A stretch of 63,014 bases of DNA, filler included, from Octopus bimaculoides (GCF_001194135.2; 5 parts of 5 records of this genome joined end to end with filler, not necessarily neighbours in it); one strand, 5' to 3'; positions 50,616-62,990 are shown, counted from the whole stretch's first letter. Made by a program: numbers and translations. The notes: generated by a model from the letters alone, not told the origin.

Positions 50616-50827
50616 ATTCTTTTCTACTCTAGGCACAAGGCCCAAAATTTTGGGGGAGAGGGCCAGTCGATTAGATCGACACCAGTACGCAACTGGTGCT
50701 TAATTTAGCAACTCCGATGAAAGGCAAAGTCGACCTCGGCGGAATTTGAACTCAGAACATAAAGACAGCTCAAAATGTGAAGCAATCTGCCCGGCGTGCT
50801 ACTGATTCTGCCAGCGAGTCACCTTAC
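50616..50827 (-). mobile_element. SINE family A, full length
   Basis: ttttctactctaggcacaagg...gtcgacctcggcggaatttgaactcag...tctgccagcgagtcacc. Confidence 0.88.
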
Positions 50828-51130
50828 GGAGATATTAATATAAAAACTAGAAAGAATATCATTCTACAACATTGGAGCAATCGCATCTCAGTAATGTTAT
50901 GGTTTAAAGGTAATGTAAGTTTCACAATAAGTACGCTCAATTTGATATAATTTTTACCTTTCGATGCATAAATTCCTGCCAGTTAAGGCTTTAGATTTCG
51001 CACGCAAATTACTTTCACATTATATTCAACCTTTTTGGTTATGTTTGAATATATATGCATTTCTGCTCACTATTTCGGGTATTCAACTTTAGCTGTCGTT
51101 ATCGTCCTATTTTTAAAATGTAATTGACAC

Positions 51131-51414
51131 CTCAATGGCCAAGTGACTAGGGCAGCGGACTCGCGATCGGAGGATCGCGGTTTCGATTTCCAGATCTAAG
51201 CTCCACGAGGGTTCAGTAGGGGGTGGTGGCGACCCCTGTTGTACTCTTTCACCCAACTTTTTCTCACTCTTTCTTCCTGTTTCTTGAGTAACGCTGCGAT
51301 GGACTGGCGTCCCGTTCAGCTGGGGGAACACATACGCCATTGAAACCGGGAAACCGGGTCCATGAGCCTGGCTAGGCTTTAAAAGGGCGCATAAATAAAA
51401 ATAAAAAATAAAAA
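51131..51414 (+). mobile_element. SINE family C with a V/Meta-like central domain and A-rich tail
   Basis: tRNA-like head; ctgcgatggactggcgtcccg resembles conserved V-/Meta-type SINE domains; tail ataaataaaaataaaaaataaaa. Confidence 0.7.
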
Positions 51415-51639
51415 TTGGCACCTCATCCTGCAAATCCCTTGCAATCTCAAAGAATTTCTCTCCCTCGAATCGTGACAATCTGTATTTCTTAAACTAGCAC
51501 AAAATTTGTGTTACCTTTTAAATTCATCCGTATTAAAACTTGAATTCAAAATTTCCCGATTTCTCTAACTGGTTAGTCAAATTGCTCCTTTTGTAGTAGA
51601 TGAAATTAATCAGCTATCCACACGTTCAAGAAAAATATT

Positions 51640-52283
51640 GATTTCAAGCTTTAAGCACAAAACCAGCCATTTCGAGGAAGGGGTAAGTTAATTACATCGA
51701 CACCAGTGTTCAACTGGTACTTATTTTATTGACTCAGAAAGGATGAAAGACAAAGTTGACCATGAAGTAGTTGTATGCTGTCAACTGAATGTGACAGTCC
51801 CATGAAGGGAATAATACTACTGTTGTTTAGACCTAGGAAGCTGCACCGCTTCCTGTCGGCCTTGACACATTTCTTGTGTCCTTATGTTTACAAGGGGGAG
51901 ACAAGCACCTCCACCCAGCTAAGCCTGCATCCAGAGACATGTTTCTGAGTCTTTACTAGTCTCTGGATGCAGGCTTAGCTGGGTGGAGGTGCTTGTCTCC
52001 CCTTTGTAAACATAAGGACATCGGAAATGTGTCAAGGCCGACAGGAAGCGTTGCAGCTTCCTAGGTCTAAACAACAGTAGTAGTATTCCCTTCATGGGAC
52101 TGTCACATTAAGTTGACAGCATACAACTACTTCAATGTATCACTACTGCATAAATCTCTCTGAGAGATTTAGAAATGTACTATTTCTAAAGTTGACCATT
52201 GAAGCTCAGAACGTAAAGACGGATGAAATGCTGCTAGGCCTTTTTTCCTGGTATGCAACCGATTCTGTCAATTTGCCGCCTTA
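51640..52283 (-). mobile_element. SINE family A split by the foldback insertion
   Basis: 3' part 51640-51763 and 5' part 52188-52283 share the duplicated aaagttgaccat. Confidence 0.8.
51763..52187. mobile_element. Foldback element: 176-bp inverted arms, 20-nt loop, 53-nt unpaired tail, 12-bp TSD
   Basis: Arms 51763-51938 and 51959-52134 (about 7 mismatches); TSD aaagttgaccat at 51752-51763 and 52188-52199. Confidence 0.93.
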
Positions 52284-52738
52284 GTTCAAGTAAAATATTG
52301 CAAATCTTTTCCTGAAACTCACACAACAATAAAGTAATTATACTTTTTAGCTTCTTTGTTTTTGTTTTGATTCTAGTTCGTATCTCCAGGAATTACAGGA
52401 CTTATATTAGCTTACAAACAGCGAGTTCTAGCGGTAAGTCGGCCTTTTCTTATTTTTTCTTTTGATTATTATTTTAAATAAAATGTCAGGAAGCAATACC
52501 AATATGAAATGTGGGGGGAGAGAAAGCCCTTAGCTTTTCAGGTCCTTGTTAAAGGCCAGTGCGTGAATATTTGAAGTTCAGTGGTTACGGAGAAAACATT
52601 GTGATTTTGATGATGAAAGAATGGACGACGTCAGAAATAGAGGGTAAGAGAGGCAGTTGGGCCGAATAGGTTTAGGTGGAGGAGCGAAAGAATTTAGCAG
52701 CGGATGATTGAAGTATGGTGGTGAGTGAAATATTGTTT

Positions 52739-52780
<42 letters not shown>

Positions 52781-52840
52781 CAGACAGAAAGACAAACAGA
52801 AACAAACTGAAACAAACAGATAGATAGATAGATAGATAGG

Positions 52841-52878
<38 letters not shown>

Positions 52879-52891
52879 CATTTCTTTTATT

Positions 52892-52991
52892 NNNNNNNNN
52901 NNNNNNNNNNNNNNNNNNNNNNNNNNNNNNNNNNNTTAATTAATTAANNNNNNNNNNNNNNNNNNNNNNNNNNNNNNNNNNNNNNNNNNNN
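52892..52991. other. Artificial 100-bp scaffold linker N44-TTAATTAATTAA-N44
   Basis: Direct count. Confidence 0.92.
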
Positions 52992-52992
52992 G

Positions 52993-53025
<33 letters not shown>

Positions 53026-53221
53026 TATATGCATATATGGGTATAGGATGTCACAAAACGTAAACAACATGAAATACGAAAACGACATATAAAACAAACA
53101 GGTAAGTGGAATGTTTATTGTATTATTTATTCTCCATTACACGTGTTTCATTTGATAACTACCTGTGTGTGTGTGTATGTGTGTGTGCGTGTGTGCGTGT
53201 GTGTGTGTGCATGTGCGTATT

Positions 53222-53478
53222 TCTTTATTCTTTTACTTGTTTCAGTCATTTGACTGCGGCCATGCCGGAGCACTGCCTTTAGTCGAGCAAATCGGCCCCA
53301 GAACTTATTCTTTGTAAGCGTAGTACTTATTCTATCAGCCACTTTTGCTGTACCGCTAAGTTACGAGGATGTAAACACACCACCATCAGTTGTCAAGCTT
53401 TGGTTGGCCTGAGGCTATAGTTGAAGACACTTGCTCAAGGTTCCACGCAGTGGGACTGAACCCGGAACCATGTGGCTG
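53222..53478 (-). mobile_element. SINE family B with an internal deletion
   Basis: 3' tail (ttacttgtttcagtcatttgactgcggccatg) joined at tcaagc|tttgg directly to the head/CORE part (gaagacacttgctcaagg...gggactgaacccggaaccatgtgg); microsatellite middle absent. Confidence 0.85.
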
Positions 53479-53869
53479 GTGTAATTTTTTCACACCACGC
53501 AGGTATCTTTGCACCGCCTCTTCCTTCCTTGCCTAGTTTGTGCGCAACAATCCAACTGACCTTGTTTTGCATTGATCTCAACATGCTTTCCAATATTTTC
53601 TCACTCCCTTCACCTTGTTTGTGCATCAGTTCAACGGACCTGGGCTTGTTACTAACATTAATCAAACATGCTTCCAATCCACTTTATTTCTCTATCCCTT
53701 TTATCTTTTCATTTCCATTTTTGAATCTGATGTAAAAAGACAACTACATTTTACTGACGCGTAGCCTCGCTATTTAGTGAATATCCCTTGCCTAGTACTG
53801 TTAATGTTAGATTTATCTACTAATGTGTACAACATAGAGCATTATCTTTTTCAAGCTAGCTGAAAAGAG

Positions 53870-55430
53870 ACCATCAAATGAAAATGATTGCAATAGTTAG
53901 AAAAAGAGTCATAAAGGTTTTTTTTTTAGACAATAAACTTGATGTTTTAACAATAGTTTCATGTGGGAGTAAACTGAACCATATTGCAAAAACAATAAAG
54001 CTTGCAATGTCTACAGTAAGAACAATACACGACAGTTAAAGATAAAATTAGGTCATGCGTTCAAGCAGCTACGTTGTTAATAACTCAGGCATTACTTTTT
54101 CAGATCTGGTGTAATGATTAATTTGTAGCGGCTCTCAAGTGAGTGAATCAATGATCAGATTTGACGTAGTGTACCAATAAACATGATTGTCTTTCAAGCG
54201 AAAATTACAAGATTTGCTGAAAGTGGAAGGTGTAACTTCTAATGAAATGTTTGAGAGGCATCTCAATTTGCACAACATTAAAATAACCAGTGAACCCACC
54301 ATTGCTGATACACAAGCTGCTACAAATTATCCTGAGAAACTGAAGAAAAGCATTGTTCAAAGAAACTATGCACTAGAACAAGAATAACATGTTGATGAAA
54401 CGGCTTTTCTGAAAGCGCATGTCTATTAGGACTTATTTACAGTGAAGAAAGTTAGCACCAAACTTTAACTCTAATCTAAATCATTTGACGCTTCTTTTGG
54501 GAGGAATTCAATCCCCTATCTGTGTATAGCTCCGAAAATCTCAGGACATTTAAGAGCTACACTATGTTTAATCTACTCCTGATTTAGTGTTCGCATAAGA
54601 AGGAAGCTTGGATGACAACGAAACTTTTCCAAGACTACTATAAGCTTTTTTCCCTACTCCATAAATGTACAGTTTGAAGCGTAATGTTGTCATTAAAAAA
54701 TTTCTCCTTTTAGACAATGTGCCAAGTCACCAAATGAACTTAAATGATGTTTCTGATAATGTGAGAATGGATTATATTCCCCAATAACTCAACTTCTTTC
54801 TTCTAGTCAATGAACCATGGTGTGATAGTTAACTTCATGGCATATAATCTGAGGAAGACTTTCAAAGAACTCATTAAAGCAAATAAGGAGGATAAATCTA
54901 TAGTGTGGAAATTCTGTTAAAGGTTCAACTTTATTGGTTCAGAGGACAATATAGCTAATTCAGGTGACGAATGGTTATTTTGTAAAAGATTGTCTCGACT
55001 GAATCCATGATTTTACAGGTTTCCTACCAGCAGAATGTTTACATCAAATTCAGTAAAATGTTCTTTTCTACTCTAGGCACAAGACCCGAAATTTGGTGGG
55101 AGGGGGGGGCAGTCAATTAGATCGCCCCATTGTTCAACTGGTACTAATTTTATTGACCCGGAAAAGATCAAAGGCAAAGTTAACCTCGGCGGAATTTGAA
55201 CTCAGAATGTTGCGGCAGACGAAATATCGCTAAGCATTTCGCCTGGTGTACTAACGATTCTGCCGACTCACTGCCTTAAATTCAGTAAAATATTGTTTAG
55301 ACTGGCAAATGATGTAGGGTTTGAAGAAGTCACAGAAGATGATATGGTTAATTTGCCAGCGTCCCATACAGAAAGTTTGTTTCAGGAGGAGTTGATGCTG
55401 TTGGAACAAGACAGTGGACGTCCAAAAGTT
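53870..55430 (+). pseudogene. Tigger/pogo-like DDE transposase pseudogene interrupted by a SINE
   Basis: HTH region (KLDVL, STVRTI), LHNIKITSE, VDETAF, LTLLLGG, SENLRTFK, KEAWMT, LLLDNVPSH, GVIVNF..Y, GFEEVTEDD...SHTE. TIRs not seen. Confidence 0.85.
55060..55277 (-). mobile_element. SINE family A, full length, 14-bp TSD
   Basis: TSD aaattcagtaaaat at 55046-55059 and 55278-55291. Confidence 0.92.
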
Positions 55431-55899
55431 GTTCAGCAGCTTTCATGTATTCACCGCTGGTTGAATCATTAATAGGCTGGGGACAATGTTTTGGAAGTTA
55501 TTCATATTCCCTGGCTTGAAAATACTTCTGAAAAGACTGTTCACATTGTTCTCGTCGATACCCAAAGCCGCTTCCAGATTATTGGTGCTTACACACTTCG
55601 ACCCACTACAGAAAGCAATGGGTTTTCATGACGTCAGGAACACCACAGTGTTGTTGCAATAGTCAAGTCTTCACTATTGCAAAACATTACTGTCAAGAGA
55701 TTACTGCAGGTGAGTCAGCTTCAGGGTGTGTCTGTGTAACGTTTGCAATGGTATCCAGAAAATTCCTGAGTGGGAGTTGGAAGATGGTGGATTTCCTAAA
55801 TGACAGAACGATGGATTTCCTGACCAGTGGAGTGATGAATTTCCTGAATAACAATTACAATAATGATAATGATAATGGCAGAATCATTAGTATGCTGGG

Positions 55900-56080
55900 T
55901 GAAATGCGAAACGCCATTTCATCTGTTTTTTACATTCTGAGTTCAAATGCCACCAAAGTCGACTTTGCCTTTCCTCTTTTTCAGGTTCGATAAAATAAGT
56001 ACCAGTTGAGCACTGGGGTTAATGTAATCAACTTGCCTTCACCCTCAAAATTGTTGGCCCTATGCCATAATTCAAAACCA
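55900..56080 (+). mobile_element. SINE family A, 5'-truncated
   Basis: cattctgagttcaaatgcc...gtcgactttgccttt...aagtaccagttgagcactggg...aaaattgttggcc. Confidence 0.8.
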
Positions 56081-56269
56081 GTTATGATAATAACAGGACA
56101 ATTACAATGAAATAATAGAAGACATACAGTATTATATAGGAAACTATATAGCACGTATCATTTATAGACTCATGTCCAAGTACGCTAACTGAAGCAAAAG
56201 ATCGACTATAGTAGGTGAAGTATCAGATGTGTTGAGTGATTGTACTATGGGAGAATCGCTAATGGGAAA

Positions 56270-57215
56270 ATTGCTCTCAAAGCTGCTGGTTTCAGTACCG
56301 TTTTTAGAGGCTGGATTATAGCAACCCATTGTAGTATCTGCTCGGTGGTCAGACTGAACAACTACTCCTCTGAATGGCTTTGTATGACAAACTTGGTCCA
56401 TTAGGTTATCCTCTCTCAAATCCGCTGCTCTTCTGTATGTGCTGGCTCTCAAGCCACTCTGGCAAAGACAAGACCGCTAGAAATCACTAGCTTCCAGAAA
56501 CCTGTAGCCTGATAGTGTTACCAAGAGGTTCTGCCTTTTCAAGATAAACTAAACAGTCACGAATATGCCATCAGACAGGATGCTTGAGATGCGAGTAGAG
56601 CAAAGGAACACTTTTTGTGCATGTTTCTTGAATGACTGAACATCATTGATTTGTGAAGTGCTACTGTCACTAATATGATGGACCAACTATTGGAGAACAG
56701 TAGTTGGAAGAAGACACTCTTGATAGTCAAGGTGGTCCTGAATTTGCAGAATTCCTTGATTAGCTCTAATTTGAGGCTTTCATGTCTCTAGTGAACTGTA
56801 TCATCGCTTATTTGTATTCTGTGTACACTTTTAAAATCTTATTTAAAATTTTTGTTTTTAACAACATTCAATTTCTTTGTAAAACTAATACCATATTACA
56901 CTGCTTCATCTGACAACTCTTGAGTCCATCGTGAAGATCACCCTGCCACCTTCCTTTGGCTGGGAAGGAAAGGCAGTATTCCTCTGTCTGGTGTCTATGG
57001 TGAAGGAGGTAGTGTGGTGGACGAGATTGAAAGAATTGAAGACAGATACTTTCCTCTTCAGCCAAGCCTTCATCAACTTTTTTCAAATTCCACTTGAAAA
57101 GGAAAGTGAGGGTAGAAGTTCTGTCCCCACCCACCAATGTTTTTGTGGAAAGGTGGCTGAATGTGGTGAGGATGACTCAGGGTGGATGGGTCTACTCTGA
57201 ACATTCGCCTGTAGG
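56270..57215 (+). mobile_element. L1/Tx1-like LINE relic with a large internal deletion
   Basis: RT segment LKAAGFSTVFRGWI...GYPLS..LYVL (QGCPLSP-like) jumps to FQKPVA..CY..LPFQDKL; C-terminus VKEVVWWTRLK...FKFHLKRKVR...RWLNV...TLNIRL*. Confidence 0.6.
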
Positions 57216-57405
57216 CTGGAGTGGTTGAGGGTAAGTTGGGTGCCTGCCTGAGGTGTTTTTGGCAGTCAGGATGGATGGGGTGCCTTGGCTGGCCCCGGGT
57301 GGAACTTCTCCACTCACTTTTGGGGACTTTTGTTGTTAGAGCTTTCTTGTTAATTGTTATTGTTATTGTTATTCATTGTATACTCGTCATTGTTCAATAC
57401 CCCAC

Positions 57406-57480
57406 TTGTCCCTTGTATTGCATTGTCCCTTGTATTGCATTGTCCCTTGTATTGCATTGTCCCTTGTATTGCATTGTCCC
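57406..57480. repeat. Minisatellite, ~4.4 x 17 bp (ttgtcccttgtattgca)
   Basis: Units start 57406, 57423, 57440, 57457, 57474. Confidence 0.92.
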
Positions 57481-57540
57481 TCTTTGTTTTGTGTTCGGTC
57501 CTTGTAGTCATTATTATCATTATGTTAGGGTTAGGGTTTA

Positions 57541-57542
<2 letters not shown>

Positions 57543-57631
<89 letters not shown>
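57543..57631. repeat. Self-complementary (TTA)n-(AAT)n array
   Basis: TTA run switches to AAT near 57597. Confidence 0.9.
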
Positions 57632-57633
<2 letters not shown>

Positions 57634-57668
57634 GTTAAAGAAGTGATTTTAAATTCTCAATCGCAGAA

Positions 57669-57765
57669 TAATGCTAATAATATAGCCTGAACAGGATAAA
57701 CTATTCCTATTTTGCAGAGATAAATAGGGATAGTTTATCCTGTTCAGGCTATATTATTAGCATTA
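57669..57765. repeat. Inverted repeat, 44-bp arms, 9-nt loop, ending exactly at a linker gap
   Basis: taatgctaataatatagcctgaacaggataaactattcctattt and its reverse complement; 1 mismatch. Confidence 0.9.
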
Positions 57766-57865
57766 NNNNNNNNNNNNNNNNNNNNNNNNNNNNNNNNNNN
57801 NNNNNNNNNTTAATTAATTAANNNNNNNNNNNNNNNNNNNNNNNNNNNNNNNNNNNNNNNNNNNN
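57766..57865. other. Artificial 100-bp scaffold linker N44-TTAATTAATTAA-N44
   Basis: Direct count. Confidence 0.92.
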
Positions 57866-58039
57866 CATGATCCATAATTTAGTTCGTTTTTAAGGGGTTG
57901 GCTTTGAGAGTTGCATTTCCTCGCATTCGGTAAAAATGTGCTTTTTATAGTAGTCTGACCTTAGAGTCCCTCATGGCGTCAGGCGTTATTATATAGTAAT
58001 GCCCTTATATAAATATATATATATATATGAGGGGGGGGT

Positions 58040-60110
58040 GTATGTATGTATTATAAAATGCATCACTTTCTTCATTCTCAAGGAAACCCACCTAAGCAAC
58101 AATCAATTTGATGCTGAGGTGAAAATTATATATTTCATCATCATCTTTACAGATCATACGGACCGAGAGAAAAGAGTAGCAGTTCTCCATGATTACTTTG
58201 CCATAGATGCCAAGGTCATATTTTCCAACGACGACAGTGAATCCATATATCGCTAATGAACAAAGTTAAATACATAACCAATATCGGCTTCTTCAGGCCT
58301 CGTGATCCTTTGAAGAGTATTTGAACAAAATCAGGTCCTTTAAGCAAACTTAGAACTCCTGAAACATATTGTTCACTTATATGAACTGGCTTAGAAGTAC
58401 TATGGCGCTAGGAAATTGCGCTACAGCAGACACAGCAGCAACAGAAAAAATATTCAAGTTAATGGATGAATTATTTTAAACACAACTTGTGCTTGAACCA
58501 AGACAAGACAAAATGATCCTCGATCTGATTTTAACAAATCTTTCTAGCTCCATCCATAGCATGTCAGTTGAAAACTCGCTTCTCTCTGACCACAACATGG
58601 TACTCTGCAAATTAGTTCCCGGCATGCGGAAACGAAACCTGTCATACACGACCCAGTGACATGTTCGGCAGAATCAATTCTCGCAAAGTAGAATGGAGAA
58701 CAATTAAAAGAGATTTGTGACTTATTGACTGCTCCTTCTCTGACAATTCCTGTAGCAGTAATTTGAGACTATTTTCAAATGCCAGCGCTTTGAGACCATT
58801 TTCAAATATGCATGATTAAAGTGGACTCCTATGAAACTCACAATCACTAACAGAAATAGACCCCCAAGAAAAAAAACACTCATCATGAAAAGCAAAGAAT
58901 TAATAAAAGATCTACCAGTTTAAATACTATCAACAGCTGAGTCCACATCCAGCAGCAATAAGAAGGCTGGAATTGAAAAAAAGTCATCTGCAGATCAGCA
59001 CGAAAACCTACACCGACAAATAAACAGCTACAAAGGAAAACTGGGTAATCAAAAAAATCAAACCGAAACTAAAAATATCTTTTCATATAGCAACATGTAT
59101 TGGACCGCTCTCTCACGTATTAGTCCACTGATAGATGACAACAGCTTTCTCCATCACGACGATAAAGAAATGACAGACGTATTGCAGAAATGATACTGCT
59201 TGTCAGAAACGCTAGCACGCCGGGCGAAATGCTTAGCAGTATTTCGTCTGCCTTTACGTTCTGTGTTCAAATTCAGCCGAGGTCGACTTTGCCTTTCATC
59301 CTATCGGCGGTCGATAAATTAAGTATCAGTTGCGTACTGGGGTCGATCTAATCGACTGGTCCCCCTCCACCAAAATTTCGGGCCTTATGCCTAGAATGAT
59401 ACTGCTCTGTCTTCAGTGATCCCACTAATATTGACGAAAAAGGATATGAGCTAACTGAATCCACGATATATATTATCTGACATAACTTTTACTTCCTCAG
59501 ATATATATCAAAACAGTTCTTATACCAATATATCAACCTGATCTTCGAAAAAAGGACACAGATCTCTTGCAGTTAACTACCGCCCGCTCTCACTCATCTC
59601 CCATATAATCAAAGTGTTTGAAAGGTTGATGAGACCAAGCACAACTGACTTCCTTGGGAGCCACAACCTTCAAAATACCAACCAGCATGGCTTTCACTGC
59701 GACAGGGACTGTCTGACAGTTTTTATTTCACATCGGTGACGTCGACAAAGCTTTGGAACGAGGTTTGAACTCGGATGTCACGTAACATTTTTCCAACATA
59801 GACTGTAACTGTTGCAGTTTACCACGAATTCCAATTCGTGGTAAACTGCTACAGTGGATTAAGTGATGGACAGAATCAAGCTGCGATTAGTAGACTCCAC
59901 TGAAGCTCAGCCAATGGCACCAGTCGTGTTCTCTAGGGGACTGATTTGGACCTGCATTTCTATATACTCTATATAAACTACATCTCAAGCATCAGAATAC
60001 ACCGCAAAACATATTTGCAGATAACTTCAACCTTCAAAAAATTATCAATGGAGGAGAGGACCGAACTGAACTTCAATCTGATCTCTATGATGTAAACCAA
60101 TGCATTCGAA
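58040..60110 (+). mobile_element. CR1-group LINE pseudogene (APE endonuclease and RT), interrupted by a SINE
   Basis: ETHL...DAEVKI, ILDLILTN, LSDHNMV, NYRPLSLISHIIKVFERLM, QHGF, degenerate PQG..LGP, IFADN; many stops and deletions. Confidence 0.82.
59201..59394 (+). mobile_element. SINE family A, 12-bp TSD
   Basis: TSD aatgatactgct at 59189-59200 and 59395-59406. Confidence 0.92.
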
Positions 60111-60753
60111 AAAGTATGGCAAAAAAGCACCATAATAGAATTATAGAAGAGTTTGATCACAGTATTATGATATTTATAGGCGAAATCCATCTTAATATAT
60201 TAAGATGTATTTCTCCCGACAAGTGTATTTTTCATTGCATAAAATAGCTTTCCAGAAAGGCATGTCTATGATGTTATAATAGATTATGCAAGACTGGAGG
60301 TACAAGAGCAAATCAATTATACAAAACTTAAAATAAATCTTGTTAACATCAACTTTTAATAATTTTCCTGAATATTTTGTTAGCTGCTTGTGTTATATGC
60401 TAAAATGAAATCGGTCTCGTAGATTCTACAGTTAGGCATAATATTTACTTTCGACATTATAGATAAATCCAGTTTGCAGGAAGTGTTTTAAAACAACTAA
60501 TCTAGATATCTTACAACGATTTCTTGATTATTCCTTTTACAGCAAACTTGATTTATGATGTAAAGGCGTAGAACAATCAAACATGTGTAACCTCAAATTG
60601 CACCACTTTCGAAAAGGAAAGTGTCTAAATTTATGAAATTAGTCATTTCGTATCTTAATGTCTATTGTTTATTTTATTAAATGTTCGCTGCAGAAACTGT
60701 AATCATTGCATCTAGAAATATAGATATTAGATATGCATATATTTTAATATCAC

Positions 60754-60837
<84 letters not shown>

Positions 60838-61336
60838 ATGCTAATATGTATATAAGCATATACATATAACTCTATTCCCGTGTACGCATATCTGTATACT
60901 TTGCTAGATTGTAGAGCAAAACACTTGTTCACCCTTAAAACATGTTAACAGATTAACAAATAACATCAATACTTCAGAAATATGTACCTTTTTATTAGAA
61001 TCATGTTCGTGACTCTATCCTACGTGAAAAGCTTACTAATCATATACAACTCTCAAAATGCAGAACTAACATATGCTACGCAGGGAAAACGAAAATGATA
61101 TTGCGAAATGCGAAAATAAATTACTTTAACGTAGCTAACAATTCTGAGAAAATCATGACTAGACGTATTTACTTCCTTAGTTTCAACAAGGAAAAAAGTC
61201 AGAATAAACGAAGAAAATAACAACGATAGACTCACGCAATAAAATATTGAATACCATCAGCGCATTACACATGTACTCAATATATACATATATGCATACA
61301 CACATGCATATATGTATGCATATATATACATACATG

Positions 61337-61367
<31 letters not shown>

Positions 61368-61391
61368 GTATACATACATGTATATATGTAT

Positions 61392-61460
<69 letters not shown>

Positions 61461-61560
61461 NNNNNNNNNNNNNNNNNNNNNNNNNNNNNNNNNNNNNNNN
61501 NNNNTTAATTAATTAANNNNNNNNNNNNNNNNNNNNNNNNNNNNNNNNNNNNNNNNNNNN
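61461..61560. other. Artificial 100-bp scaffold linker N44-TTAATTAATTAA-N44
   Basis: Direct count. Confidence 0.92.
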
Positions 61561-61620
<60 letters not shown>

Positions 61621-61639
61621 CATGTAGTTATTTATGTGT

Positions 61640-61866
61640 GTGTGCGTGTGCCTTTGTGTCTGCGTTTCTCCCCTATCATCACTTGACAACCGATGTTGGA
61701 GTATTTACGGCCCCGTAACTTAGCGGTTCGGCAAAAGAAATCGATAGGATAAGTATTAGGCTTACAAGGAATAAGTCCTGGGGTCGATTTCTTCGACTAA
61801 GACCCTATGAGGCGGTCCTCCAGCATGGCCGCAGTCAAATGACTAAGATAGTGAAAAGAATAAAAT
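61640..61866 (+). mobile_element. SINE family B, 3' half
   Basis: acttgacaaccgatg...gtaacttagcggttcggcaaaag...gtcctggggtcgatt...cagcatggccgcagtcaaatgact. Confidence 0.85.
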
Positions 61867-62199
61867 GCATATGTATGTATGTATGTATGTATATGTACAA
61901 GTAGGTATTATATTGATATTATATATGCACATTCATATATGTATGTGTATATGTAAGTATGTGTGTTTGTGAACGCATGGGTGTGTAAAATTGATGTGAG
62001 AAAATTAACGTGCGAATGACCTTGATATCATAGTATGTAAATGAATTCCTTATGAAATGACACTACCAGTTTTCTCTATATATGTGTGNNNNNNNNNNTA
62101 CATACATACATACATACATACATACATACATACATAGAGATAGACGTACGTGTACACACACAACGTTCAGATGTATCTATGCACATGTATATAAATATA

Positions 62200-62253
<54 letters not shown>

Positions 62254-62303
62254 TGTGTAAACACCCACAGACACACTCGTAGATAGTCAGACACAATGGA
62301 TAA

Positions 62304-62304
<1 letters not shown>

Positions 62305-62373
<69 letters not shown>

Positions 62374-62402
62374 GGATAGATAGATAGATAGATAGATAGA
62401 TG
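62305..62402. repeat. (GATA)n microsatellite
   Basis: Direct inspection. Confidence 0.95.
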
Positions 62403-62819
62403 GGAAGGTGAGTAAGTAGTTAATTAGGTAGGTAAGTAGCTATGTATGTATGTATGTATGTATGTATGTAGGTATGTAGGCAGGCAGATAGGTGGGGAGG
62501 TGGGGAGGTATAAAGGTAAGTAAGTAAGGTAGCTAAGTGTAACAGGATATACGTGTGTTTGCCTCGGGATGTGAGAGTAACCTTGATCTCAGACAAGTCA
62601 TACCATATATATTCATTATTTATTAATATGTATGTGACCATGGCTGTGAGTACGCATGCGCATGCGTATACACCTGTACATATGTACGTACGTATGGGAA
62701 TGACCTTGATTTCACTAAAGTATGCAAATAGATTCAGGTACAGGTATGGGAACGCATTCGCCTACTTTTTGCAGGGTGGTGGTTCATTCACGTGAATATA
62801 TTTGAGGAAAATGGTATGT

Positions 62820-62990
62820 AATGTGTAATAACTTCTGCCTACCGAATTCACTGCCAAGGTCTTTGCTTGGTCCGTGGCTATAGCTGTGAACACTTGACCG
62901 AGGTGGCGCTCAATGGGACCAAACGTGAAGCCACGTGACTGCAAACCATCTGAGCCTCTTTAACCAACAGACATGCTAGCGCAATATTCA
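62820..62990 (-). mobile_element. Degenerate SINE family B head/CORE part
   Basis: ggctatagctgtgaacacttgaccgaggtggcg...gggaccaaac aligns to 53410-53478. Confidence 0.55.

Noticed and set aside
52140-52190. Hammerhead in the tail of the 52-kb foldback (CTGCATA-stem-GAAA-TGTA)
   Set aside because: Core reads CUGCAUA, not CUGANGA, and no stem I pairing can be formed; kept only as hairpins.
57527-57540. TTAGGG telomeric repeat
   Set aside because: Only two units; expected by chance or from slippage.
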